Part shown: positions 53,111-64,000 of the stretch, piece after piece
Layout of the letters: each line of letters opens with the position of its first letter
How positions within the stretch are numbered: the first letter of the stretch is position 1
NCBI GenBank assembly: GCA_964016885.1
Contig: OZ024763.1
Location: forward strand, 15,872,001 to 15,936,000
Reading direction: 5' to 3'
DNA: 64,000 nucleotides
Source of the DNA: Eledone cirrhosa
Taxonomy: Eukaryota
Notes under the pieces: generated by a model
What the model was told of the DNA's origin: nothing
The model's database searches: none
Seen by the model: the letters and a program-made list of their open reading frames with translations, nothing else
Program-made: the position numbers and the translations under genes

Positions 53111-54460
53111 TATATATATATAAAAGTAATTCTACAACAGTTAATTCACCATTTCCGAGAACAATTTGTTTCACCATAGACGGATCAACTCGGTTAAAAT
53201 GAAATAATACGGAAAAGGAAAACGATTATCCGAATAAACATGCTAGGGAGGCGACTGTGAAAGCTCAGAATACAATAGATTATTCTATATATATGCAAAT
53301 ATATGTATATACATATTGTGGTTGGTGTTAGGAAGGGCATCCAGCTGTAGAAACCTAGCCAGAAACATTTCTATATGAGTAAAACATGGTTACCTGACCC
53401 AACTTACCTCAAATGGGACAACCTGTCTAACCCATGCTAGCATGGAAAAATAGACGTTAAATGATGATGATATATATATACACACACATATTCATATATA
53501 TATTTATATATATGTTATTATTGTAGTTCTCGTTGTTGTTATTATTTTGCAGAAACAACAACAACCCCTTACACACAAAAAAAAAAAAAAAAAAAAAAAA
53601 AACACACACAACACACCTCTAATCTTTAACATGCTGAATTAATTCATGAATTACTTCCCTTGACTCTGCATTATTTTTATATGATTAAAGGGTAGACTAC
53701 TCTATTGGCGACATAATGCGCCTAGAGCGCCCAGAAGGCTAGTAAGACGTGGAAAAAAAAATGAAACATTTATACAATCTACCACTACTCTCCCCCCTGA
53801 CCTTCCCAGCCGAAAATACTCACAAACAACAGCAACAAGAATAACAATAACTATGTGGATGACAGGGGGTGTGGTGGATGTGGAAATGGTGAAGTGGTGA
53901 GACACAAGATCACCCACAAGAATGAGACTTCCATGTGTGTGTGCATATATACATATATACATACATATACGCATATCCATATACATATATATTTGAAAAA
54001 AAAAAAAAAAGAAAGAAAAGAATGACTTCACTTGTAGTTGGTAGTCTATAACAATTTAATATTATTTTATAAAATTAAATTGTTATAGACTACCAACTAC
54101 AAGGGAAGTCATTCTTTTCCTTTTTTCAAATATACCTAACTGTACCAAGGATCTTACGCATTTTCCAATATATATATACATATATATATGCTTATATATA
54201 TATATGTATGTATATATGTCTCTCTCTATATATATGTATGTATATATATACACACACAGACACACACATATATATATATATATATATTTGTGTATCTGTG
54301 TGTCTACATGTCCAGAGAGTTTCGTTGTTGAAAAGAAAAAAAAAAAGAAAAAAAAAAAGAAAGAAAAAAGAAAAAAAAAAAAGAAAAAAAAATTTAAAAT
54401 GAAAGAGATTCTGCCAATGAATTATGAAATTATTTGATGAAATTATTATTAATTGTTTAA

Positions 54461-55796
54461 TTAATTAAGCAGGTTTTCTTTGGGACAAATCCTGCAGTGT
54501 TTCGAGAGGTTGGTTCTGGATATATGTTTTTGGCAGGTAGTACACTTAACCTTTTGGTATTTTTTAATCACCATGGCGTCGCTTAGGGTTACCCTTGGCT
54601 TTTCTGTGCTCTTTTTAAGTCCCCGACATCCCTTACTGTTGAGATGTCGGGATATATTGGACTGGTTCACCAACTTCCGGCAAAACTCGCATGTGATTTT
54701 TGTGTTTTTATACTTTTTAATCTCATGCTGGTTCCGATAGTAATAGTTGAGCTTCCTTTTCTTCTCGCGTTGTAATTGTATGTGAGGATTTATTTTCTTG
54801 CTTTTGTTGTTGTTGTTCTTGTTGTTGTAGTAAGAAGCAGATGATGAAGATGATGATGATGATGATGATGAAGAAGAAGAGGAGGCCCGTTTCTGCACTG
54901 TCGTTGCCACTGAAGCTCGGGAAGAAGAAGACACATTGGTGTTGGTGTTGCTGCTTCTAAGTACTTCAAATTCAATTGAGTTTATTGTCTTAACCCGGCT
55001 CCGGGGAGCACAATAAGGGCATCTGTACATACAGAACTCAGAGTGGGATCCACCCATATGTCCCTGAATGTCACTCAGGCACTTCGCTTCCAGGCCACAC
55101 TTTTTACACTTATACAGCTTACGACTAGGAGTTGAGTTCAAGCCATGGTATTTACATTTGGGCTTTGGAGAAGGGACACACATTGGGCCAGCCATTTTCA
55201 CATTGAGGTTTTCACAGTGAGATCTGATAATGTTGCTATTGTTATTGTTGTTGATAGAAGTTGAGGAGGGGAACAAGTAGCCGAGTTTGTCGTTTGGGGT
55301 CGGATCTGTGACAGCCCTGCTAAGCTTTGACGTTTCTTCAGCTGCTGCCAATCCTGACATGGCTCTGTAGTTTTCTACAGGGGTGGTCATGGCTCTGTTG
55401 GCAGAAAACATAGAGGAGGAGGTGGCGGCGGTGGAAGACGAGGTGGAAGAAGAGAAACAAACGACAGTGTTGTTCTTGCTTTTGTTAGTAGTTGTTATTG
55501 TTGTTGTTGTTGTTGTCGGTGATGTGGCTGTTGTTAAGTCGTCGTCGGTGTTAGTGGTGAGACCGACAGGGATGAAGATAGTCGCATCATCATCATCATC
55601 ATCAGCACCATTATTATTATTATTAGCGCTATCGACGGCATCAGGAGGAATGGCAGTAGCACTGATGCTGGCATTGGCAGCGGATATGTTTGAAGCGAAT
55701 ATGGAAGCAGGAAATGGTAAGGGAGCTACATCGGCATGAGTGTTCCAGTTTGGAGAAGCTTCACTGTTTCCCGTGGATTCCTGTTTGAGTAACAAT
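54461..55796 (-). CDS. terminal coding exon of a zinc-finger protein (C2H2/C2HC fingers, low-complexity N/T/S linkers)
   Basis: 1.3-kb open frame with YKCKKC..(12)..HMGGSH, YRCPYC, ITCEFC..RHLNSKGC and VKCTTC..KHCRIC. Strong acceptor cctgttcatttttgtcttttcAG| before 55796 (phase 2); stop TAA at 54461. Upstream exons were not identified. Confidence 0.8.
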
Positions 55797-55932
55797 CTGA
55801 AAAGACAAAAATGAACAGGATATGTAGGGAGACTTTTACTGTTACACAAGACCAACGGTGACCCTTTGGCTCACGGGTGGTCTAGTACTATATATATATA
55901 GAGAGATTTTAATATACATAAAGAGAGGTTAT

Positions 55933-55963
<31 letters not shown>

Positions 55964-55967
55964 GGTT

Positions 55968-56695
55968 ATATACTACTAAAACTCTGTGATTGTGTACTTG
56001 TCTGTAATATAATTGTTTCTAGTTTTGGCACAAGGCCAGCAATTACCCCAGTGCATTACTGGTACTTTATTTTATCGACCCTGTAATAATTGTTTCTACT
56101 TTTGGCACAAGGCCAGCAATTACCCCAGTGCATTACTGGTACTTTATTTTATCGACCCTGTAATAATTGTTTCTACTTTTGGCACGAGGCCAGCAATTAC
56201 CCCAGTACATTACTGGTAATTTATTTTATCAACCCCATAAGGATGAAAGGCAAAGTTAACCTCGGCGGGATTTGAACTCAGAATGGCAAGGGCCGTAACT
56301 CTATGCGTCAAAGCATGGCGTCCGACCCTCTACCGATACTGACAATCCACCTATTGTCTGTAATATAATTGTTTCTAGTTTTGGCACAAGGCCAGCAATT
56401 ACCCCAGTGTATTACTGGTACTTTATTTTATCGACCCTGTAATAATTGTTTCTACTTTTGGCACGAGGCCAGCAATTACCCCAGTACATTACTGGTAATT
56501 TATTTTATCAACCCCATAAGGATGAAAGGCAAAGTTAACCTCGGCGGGATTTGAACTCAGAATGGCAAGGGCCGTAACTCTATGCGTCAAAGCATGGCGT
56601 CCGACCCTCTACCGTTACTGCCAATCCAAACAGCGCACAATAGGATAATACTTTGAAAGGAAGTTGCCCCTGGAATGGGAATACAAATGGTCTAG
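55968..56695 (+). mobile_element. Helitron-like copy interrupted by duplicated Nin/Deu-like SINEs (56010-56352 and 56366-56628, -)
   Basis: 5' part matches the Helitron at 56730-57420 (TATACTACTAAAACTCTGTGATTG) and it ends GGTCTAG|T; the SINE block is tandemly duplicated. Confidence 0.55.
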
Positions 56696-56729
56696 TACTA
56701 TATAAAGAGAGAGAAGGTTTTAATATATA

Positions 56730-56878
56730 CTAGACCACCCGTGACCCATTGGGTCCTGTTCACTTCAAAATATTTTTTTAAAAAATCATGTTCACTTAAA
56801 AATAATTTTTAAATAATTAAAATATACAAACATGTATCTAATGAGAAATGAAACTGGAAGGCCCATATATATATATAA

Positions 56879-56914
<36 letters not shown>

Positions 56915-57420
56915 ATACATATATATATATATATATGTGGATGTCTGTGATCTGTTAGGTTGAGTAATAATTCATGAGCGTTTTCTTTTAATTTAAAAAT
57001 GCGCAGACCAAAACACTTAAGCAAAAAAAAACGCTCATGGATTATTACTCAACCTAATACATACTGGTCATAGACACACACTCTCACATATATATACATA
57101 TACACACAACACCACCAGCTCTCTCTTTCTTGCATTCTCCTTCTCTGTCCCCTCTCCCTCTCTCTATGTCTCTCTTTCAATTTACTCTGTCACAACCCCT
57201 ATTTCTTTCTTTCTATCTTTCTTTCTTTGTTTATGAAGGTACCCGGAAAAACCCCATATCTCGGGAACCCATGGTCCGATTTACGTGAAACTTGTTTTAT
57301 TCCATTTGTATTCCCATTTCATGGGCAACTTCCTTTCAAAGTATTTTCCCATTATGCGCCCTTTCCGCTATATTACATTACAGACAAGCAAGCAATCACA
57401 GAGTTTTAGTAGTATATAGA
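56730..57420 (-). mobile_element. non-autonomous Helitron
   Basis: Minus strand starts A|TCTATATACTACTAAAAC and ends GACCCAATGGGTC-ACGGGTGGT-CTAG|T. Confidence 0.65.
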
Positions 57421-57459
57421 TAGATAACAGATAATAATAATAATAATAATAATAATAGA

Positions 57460-59012
57460 AAGGGAAAATGTTAAAAGAAATGACAGCTAAGGTAAACAGG
57501 CTCATCCCATACCTTGAGGCAAAGAACCTTCACCAATGCAACAACATCCTCAAAGCAACTGCAAATGTGGTGAAAAAAATTATTTGGTAATAAAACGAGA
57601 GGAAACAACAAACAAGAAAGATCACAGCCTTGGTGGAAGAAACGACTGGTCAAATGAATGGTCAAATCAAGGAAATGAGAAAAGACATTGGAAAGCTTGA
57701 GTCTTTACTAAATGGGACATTACAAAACATAGACACTAAAGATAGATTGAAAATAAAATACAACACTAGAGGAAAAGTCCTAAATGTTATCATAGAGGAA
57801 CTGAAGCAACGCATAGTAGCAAAAAGCGCAAAGATTAGGCGGTATGAGAAAAGAGTTAGTCAGTATAGACAGAACAGCATGTTTGATAACAACCAGATGT
57901 TATTTGAACAGCTTGAAGGGGAAAAAAAAGGTAACGACTTGATCCCTGAGGTTGAACAGACTAAGGCATTCTAGAGAGGAATATGGGAGCAGGATGTTGA
58001 ACATAATAGTCAGGCAGTGTGGATTGAGACAGTTCAAAAGGAGATTAATGAACAAGCACACCAACAAACTGATTTAAGTATCACAGCTGAAACTCTTAAA
58101 AAGCAGGCCAATAAACTAACCAACTGGAAATCACCAGGCCCAGATGGGGTGTAAGGATATTGGATACAAAATAAAACATCCCTCCTCCCAAAACTGACAG
58201 CCATGTTCAATGACTGCTTGGTGTCAGGTGAAGTACCAGAGTGGTTGACAAAAGGTATCACAGTTCTGGTAATGAAAGACCGAATCAAGGGTAATGAGGT
58301 TACCAACTATAGGCCTATCACATGTCTGTCTGTAATATGGAAACTGCTAACAAGCATTGTGTCTGCGGAAATCTATCACCCCCACATAAACAACTTATTG
58401 CCAGACGAACAGAAAGGATGCCGAAAGAAGTCCCGTGGTACAAAAGACCAGTTACTTATTGATAAAATGGTAATAAGGAATTGCAAGAGGAAGCATACTG
58501 GTCTTGCTATAGGATATGCATTCAACATGGTTCCTCATTCTTGGATAACCAAAAGCCTAGAGATCTTCAAGGTGGCAGACAACATCAGACAGTTATTAAG
58601 TAAAAGTATGAAGTCCTGGGAAACAGCTAACACCAGGTGGAGAATCCTTGGGAGGCGTGAAGATCAAGAGAAGCATCTTCCAAGGAGATAGTTTGTCCCT
58701 TTTGTTGTTTGTACTTACCCTCATATTATGAAAAGTGAAAGCAAGATACAAGCTGGGAAGAGGAGAGCTTACCATCAACCACCTCCTCTTCATGGACGAT
58801 TTAAAACTCTTTGGGAAAAGCGAGGATTTGGATGTACTTGTTAACACTGTCCGTATTTTCAGCAATGATATATGTATGGAATTTAGTTTTAATAAGTGGG
58901 GAGTCCTAGTGATGACAAAGGAGTAAATTGAACAGAAGCAACGGAATCCAGGTACCAACAGGTGAAATGATAAAGGAAATGGACACTGAAGGGAGGAAAC
59001 AAATATTTGAGG
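57460..59012 (+). pseudogene. R4/Dong-like (REL-class) non-LTR retrotransposon RT fragment
   Basis: NWKSPGPDG, NYRPITCL..IWKLLTSI, EQKGCRK.SRGTKDQLLIDK, AFNMVPHSWI, IFQGDSLSPLLF, INHLLFMDDLKLF; multiple stops and frameshifts; preceded by (TAA)n. Confidence 0.8.
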
Positions 59013-59014
59013 GT

Positions 59015-59362
59015 TCTGAGTTCAAATCATGCCGGGGTTAGCTTTGCCTTTCATCTTTATGGAGTTGATAAAATAAAGTACCAGTAATGAACTGAGGTTG
59101 ATTTAATCGACTTTCCCCTCCTTCAAAATTGTTGGCCTTGTGCCTAAATCAGAAACCATTATTTATTACACAAAATGGTGAATTGGCAGTATAGGTAGAG
59201 GGTCGGACATACTTTCCAGCATAGTTATGTCCCTTTAGGATCTGAGTTCAAATCCCGCCGAGGTTAACTTTGCCTTTCATCCTTACGGGGTCGATAAAAT
59301 AAAGTACCAGTAATGCACTGGGTAATTGCTGGCCTTGCGCCAAAAGTAGAAACAATTATTTA
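59015..59362 (+). mobile_element. two Nin/Deu-like SINE copies
   Basis: Same diagnostic boxes; further copies at 8476-8610, 28937-29066, 34135-34243, 40664-40775, 62515-62702 and 63930-64000. Confidence 0.8.
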
Positions 59363-59641
59363 TTACACAAAATGAAAGTGTATTAATTTTGAGGTTAGAA
59401 ACGAAAAATAATCTACAGAGAGACCATAAAAACACTGAGCTTGATAATCCCATTGATGTTTGCTGAGCACCAAAATGGACACATTGAATGTCTACGATAT
59501 CAATGAATACCACATAAAACTTCGTTACTTTATGCAACTATAGCCACCAATATTGCAAGAATATTCATTTAAGTTCATATTATTATATTTGAAATCAAGG
59601 AGTGTTTTTGTGGTCACCCTATCTATATATATATATATATA

Positions 59642-59958
59642 TGGCCTTGCAATCGAAAGGTTGTGCGTTCAATTCTCAGACCAGGTGATGTGTTGTTTCC
59701 TTGAGCAAGACACTTTATTTCACATTGCTCCAGTTTACTCAGCTGTAGAAATGAGATGATAGGGACTGGGGTCCCTATCATTCCACTGCAAAGAGGTTGT
59801 GTAGGTGCCACGGCAAAAAAGCACCCAGCACTCACTGTAAATGAGGTTGGTGTTAGGAAGGGCATCCAGCTGTAGAAATCAAGCCTGAATCAGTTCCCGT
59901 CTCACCCTTGCAAGCAGGGAAAAGCGGACGTAAAATGATGATGATGTTGATGATGATA
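59642..59958 (+). mobile_element. CORE-like tRNA SINE with RTE-derived tail (5' clipped)
   Basis: Near-identical to 63229-63576. Confidence 0.8.
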
Positions 59959-60136
59959 ATATATATATATCTATTCATTTTCTACTAGAATTACAAGGGG
60001 TCCGTCGAGCCGCAGATTACAGAGTCCGGTAAGATCGAACCTTGAGCTGATCAGGGGTGAAACGCACGTCACCAACCAATAAATGTAATGAAGGAGTAAC
60101 CAATCGTCCTTGTTATCTTTTCACTATAATACACTC

Positions 60137-62270
60137 TGTAGCAGTTAATGATGCTGCTACGCCAGTCCTTCGGAACGACCCCATTCTGTGTGACTTGGTT
60201 TACTATCCGGGTGACCATAGTGTGTCCCACCGTTCCAGATGCTTTCAGCATTTCAGCAACTATTTCTGAAGGCCCAGCCGCCTTACCCGTCTTCATATCT
60301 TTGATTGCCTTACTTATTATACTACCTTCAACTAGCACTGCTGGTCCCTCTATTGGATCGATGTGGGAGAGACTGTCTTTCTCCCAATTATTCTCCTCAT
60401 TTAGTAGCCTTTCGTAGTGACACTTCCAAGCTACCTTCTTATCAGCGTCAGTGATGGCAAGTACACCATCATCATTAAGGACACACTTCTCCCCGACAAT
60501 ATCATGGTTTTCCTTGTCACATTGCCTAGCAATCCTGAACACCTCACGTTTTTGGTCCTCGCGTTGTAGAACATGCTTGAACTTTCTTTCCTCTGTTTCC
60601 CTTCTTGCGAAGTACACTTGTCTCCTAGCTTCCCTCTTGGCCACTTGATAGTCTTCTCTACTTCCGCCATACTTTCCAAGCCTGCTTTTTGGCCTTAATT
60701 GACTCCTCCACCTTACTCTCCTCCTGCCTATAGGCCTGCTCCAGCCACAGACATCATCTGCCGCCTTCAGCAGGTTAGCTTTCAGGAATTCCCACTGTTC
60801 CTCTATATTGTACGACTCTAATTGCTCTTCCTTACTGTCAAAAGCATCAAGTAATATGCTTTTAAATTTATTACTGGCTGTGGGGTCTTTTAACTTCCAT
60901 ATTTTTCTCCTGAGGATAGTCCTCCTCCATTGTCGAGTACGTCTTGTCCTGACTATGAGGTCGCTAATTATCAGTCTATGTTGGGAGGTGCATTCTTCAT
61001 GGGGGAGGGATTTAGTGTTTACAACAGACACTCTATCACGTCTTCTGGTAAGGATATAATCTACCTGGCTGGCGTGTTCCCCTGATCTATAGGTGATCAA
61101 GTGATTGTCTCGTTTTTTGAAGTTAGTGTTACAGATAGTTAGGTTATTTGCGTCACAGAATTCCAGGATTCTGGAGCCTTCCTCATTTCTAGTACAAAAC
61201 CCATAGCCTCCATGGATTCCGTCATAACGATCACAATGTTGTCCAACGTGACCATTTAGGTCGCCAGCAATAATTATGTAGTCACTGTCGGTTATTTGGG
61301 AGGTAGTGAGCATCAATGTCTCATAGAATCTGTCTTTTATAACGCCAGGCAGTCCGGATTGGGGTGCGTACGCAAATATTACTGTCAGAGTAGTTCTATT
61401 TAGGACAAGTCTTATTTTAATTATTCTGTCATTCACTCTATTTATGTCTATTATCTTATCTACCCATTTTTCTGCTAATATGATTCCTACCCCACCCAGC
61501 CCATTGTCATTTCCCACCCAGAAAAGCTTATAGCATATATATATATATGTATGTGTGTGTGAGTGGTGTGTGTGTTTGTATGCATGAGTGTTGGTGTGTG
61601 TGTGTGCATGTTGTGTCAATAAGTGTTTTTTTTTTTTTTTTTTGACCATGCTGTAAAGTGGAGGGGTAGAGAGGGCCCTTGAGTCTAGTAAGATAGTGGT
61701 CGCCAACCTTTCTAAAACCGAGGAGGTAGTGAGCATCAATTTCTCATAGAATCTGTCTTTTATAACATCAGGTAGACCAGATTGGGGTGCATAAGCAGAT
61801 ATTATTGTCACAGTAGTTCTATTAAGAACTAGTCTTAATTCAATTATTCTGTCATTCACTCTATTTACGTCAATTACCTTATCTACCCATTTTTCAGCTA
61901 ACATAATTCCTACACCACCCTGTCCATTGTCATTCCCCACCCAGAAAAGTTTATAGCATTGTCTTTTACCCACAATGAATCTGGCAGACCCCCCCCCCCC
62001 ACCTCTCCACCTAGTCTCTTGAATACAACAAACATCAACTTCTTTACGTTCAAACATCTCTACAACCTCATTTGAGCGACATTTCAATGTGCCTACGTTC
62101 ATGGTACCAACTCTGAAGTTGGGAGGGTGGGATGGATGGGTTGGAGGCGCAGGGAGGGGTGTGGGAGATGGGATTTTGTTGGTCATCTGTGTCTGAAATA
62201 AAAGGGGATCCTTGTATTCTCGTCTTGCAGCGGGAGGTGAATTTATCTTTATCTGTGACATTGTCATTGA
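60137..62270 (-). pseudogene. RTE LINE 5' half: AP endonuclease and start of RT, with an internal duplication
   Basis: VGTMNVGTL, CCIQETRW, SAYAPQSG, AGDLNGHVG, SQVDYIL, SQHRL, then MKTGKAAGPS; overlaps in homology with the start of 41229-43119; truncated at ~60137. Confidence 0.9.
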
Positions 62271-63228
62271 GTGCTTAGACTTTTCAAATTTCCGCAGTCA
62301 ACCCATCAAACAGGTCTAAACTTAAGTAGTAACCGGGGTGGTAGCTTTGCTATACTGATTTGTTAGAGAACTTACTAAAGCTGCTGAGTTATGATTGGAC
62401 CATGTAGCAATGGTGGAGTGTGGGGGTGGGAGGGCAGGAAAAGGGGGGACTTTAGGAGAAGTTTAGTTTTTAGGAAGGGTCCAACAGATTGAGACATATT
62501 AAAAACATGTAAAATAATTGTTTCTACTTTCGGCACAAGGCCAGCAATTACTTCAGTGTATTACTGGTACTTTATTTTATCGACCCCGTAAGGATGAAAG
62601 GCAAAGTTAACCTCGGCGGGATTTGAACTCAGACCATAAAGGGCCGTAACTCTTTGCTGCAAAGCATGGCGTCCGACCCCCTACTGATACTGCCAATCCA
62701 CTGCCCTGTAAACATGTAAAATAATAATTTAAAATCAGAGAGGAAAACGGAGAATTTGAATTTTAGAGTGGTATAAATAAGAGTTTAAAACACTGCTTAA
62801 TTGGCAAGACTACGGAATAAAGAAAAGACAGGTTTTGCTTACATTCTCAAAATCGACAGATCACCCGTAAGATAGTTTGATAGATAAATTCTGTCGTTGG
62901 GAACCAGCAAGATTTATTTTATACTTGCGATCAGACGGGGGGAGGGGGGGGGGGAGCAAAGTGTTTACAAAGTTTGCGAGCGAGATGCAGTAAGGTTCTA
63001 GAATAATTATTTAATAACAATACTAGAAGGTTAGTTTTTAGAAAGGGTCCAACAGAAAGAGACATATTATTAAAAATAAATATATAAAATATTAATTGAA
63101 GATCCGAGAGGAAAACGGAGAATTTGACTTCTCGACTGATATAAATAGGAGTTTAAAACACAGACGGCTTTATGGGTGACTTTAGGAGAAGTTTAGTTTA
63201 TTTATACATACATATATATATATATAAT

Positions 63229-63576
63229 GGAGGCACATGGCTTAGTGGTTGGAGCATTGGCCTTGCAATCGAAAGGTTCTGAGTTCAATTCTCAGACCGG
63301 GTAATGTGTTGTTTCCTTGAGCAAGACACTTTATTTCACATTGCTCCAGTTTACTCAGCTGTAGAAATGAGATGATAGGGACTGGGGTCCCTATCATTCC
63401 ACTGTAAAGTGGTCGTGGAGGTGCCACGGCAAAAAAGCACCCAGCACTCACTGTAAATGAGGTTGGTGTTAGGAAGGGCATCCAGCTGTAGAAATCAAGC
63501 CAGAATCAGTTCCCGTCCCACCCTTGCAAGCAGGGAAAAAGCGGACGTAAAATGAAATGATGATGATGATGATGAT
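63229..63576 (+). mobile_element. full-length CORE-like tRNA SINE with RTE-derived tail
   Basis: A box TGGCTTAGTGG, B box GAGTTCAATTCTC, TTCCTTGAGCAAGACACTT box; tail matches 43070-43119 and ends in (GAT)n. Confidence 0.85.
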
Positions 63577-63579
63577 ATC

Positions 63580-63830
63580 TCTAAGGCGGGTAAAATTCCC
63601 GAGATCCATGGACGAGTTCTCTCCAGCGGTCTCTGTCCCTCATTATCGCTGCCATATCCTGCATCTCCAACAGACCAGTGTCTGTCCTTAGAGCATCAAC
63701 ATATGTTAACCTTGGTCTTCCTCTTCCAGTGTGTCCATGTAGGGGCTCCCAAAGGAGCACTGAGTGCAATGTCAACTCTGGATGTCGGTGAGCATGTCCA
63801 GCCAACCTCAGTCTCCTCAAAAGTGACACA
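63580..63830 (-). pseudogene. LINE (RTE-like) 3' fragment
   Basis: RRLRLAGH..RHPE...LLWEP.HG...RGRPRLTYVD.L..DTGL. Confidence 0.75.
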
Positions 63831-64000
63831 GAGGAGACATATATATATAGATATACATATATAGATATATACATATATATACACATATATATATATTGTT
63901 ATACTTGGGGAGTGTCATATTATTGTAATAATTGTTTCTACGATAGGCACAAGGCCAGCAATTACCCAGTGCATTACTGGTACTTTATTTTATCGACCCC

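Noticed and set aside
55383-55739. 118-aa plus-strand ORF
   Set aside because: Antisense shadow of the low-complexity part of the zinc-finger exon.
55797-55855. N-terminus of the 464-aa ORF as annotated in the track
   Set aside because: Non-ATG start and a polypyrimidine tract plus AG indicate intron sequence; the exon begins at 55796.

Overview
This is repeat-saturated, AT-rich animal genomic DNA. The SINE/LINE repertoire and microsatellite load suggest a cephalopod (Octopus-like), which is an inference. Only one credible host coding segment is present: a terminal exon of a zinc-finger gene on the - strand (54461-55796). Most other ORFs in the track are microsatellite artefacts. The rest consists of decayed LINEs (RTE, R4/Dong-like, L1/Tx1-like), about 25 tRNA-derived SINE copies, mariner/pogo/piggyBac-like MITEs, non-autonomous Helitrons and several mini/microsatellites. 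The most striking unexplained structure is a dense set of more than 20 short non-coding elements from about 10 sequence families. They sit inside (TA)n tracts, are often asymmetric fold-back palindromes, and carry type I hammerhead ribozyme motifs (CTGANGA...GAAA-short palindrome-TH). Many also share a GAGYRCT box near their 3' end. They are best read as Penelope-like retroelement ends or non-autonomous derivatives. Several fold-back junctions fall on ribozyme helices, one family has a CAGAAGA core variant in every readable copy, and several seem to have greatly enlarged helix II. A PHD-type finger is also embedded in the RT of an RTE LINE. All coordinates and pairings were read by eye and may be off by a few bases. 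Ribozyme activity is untested.
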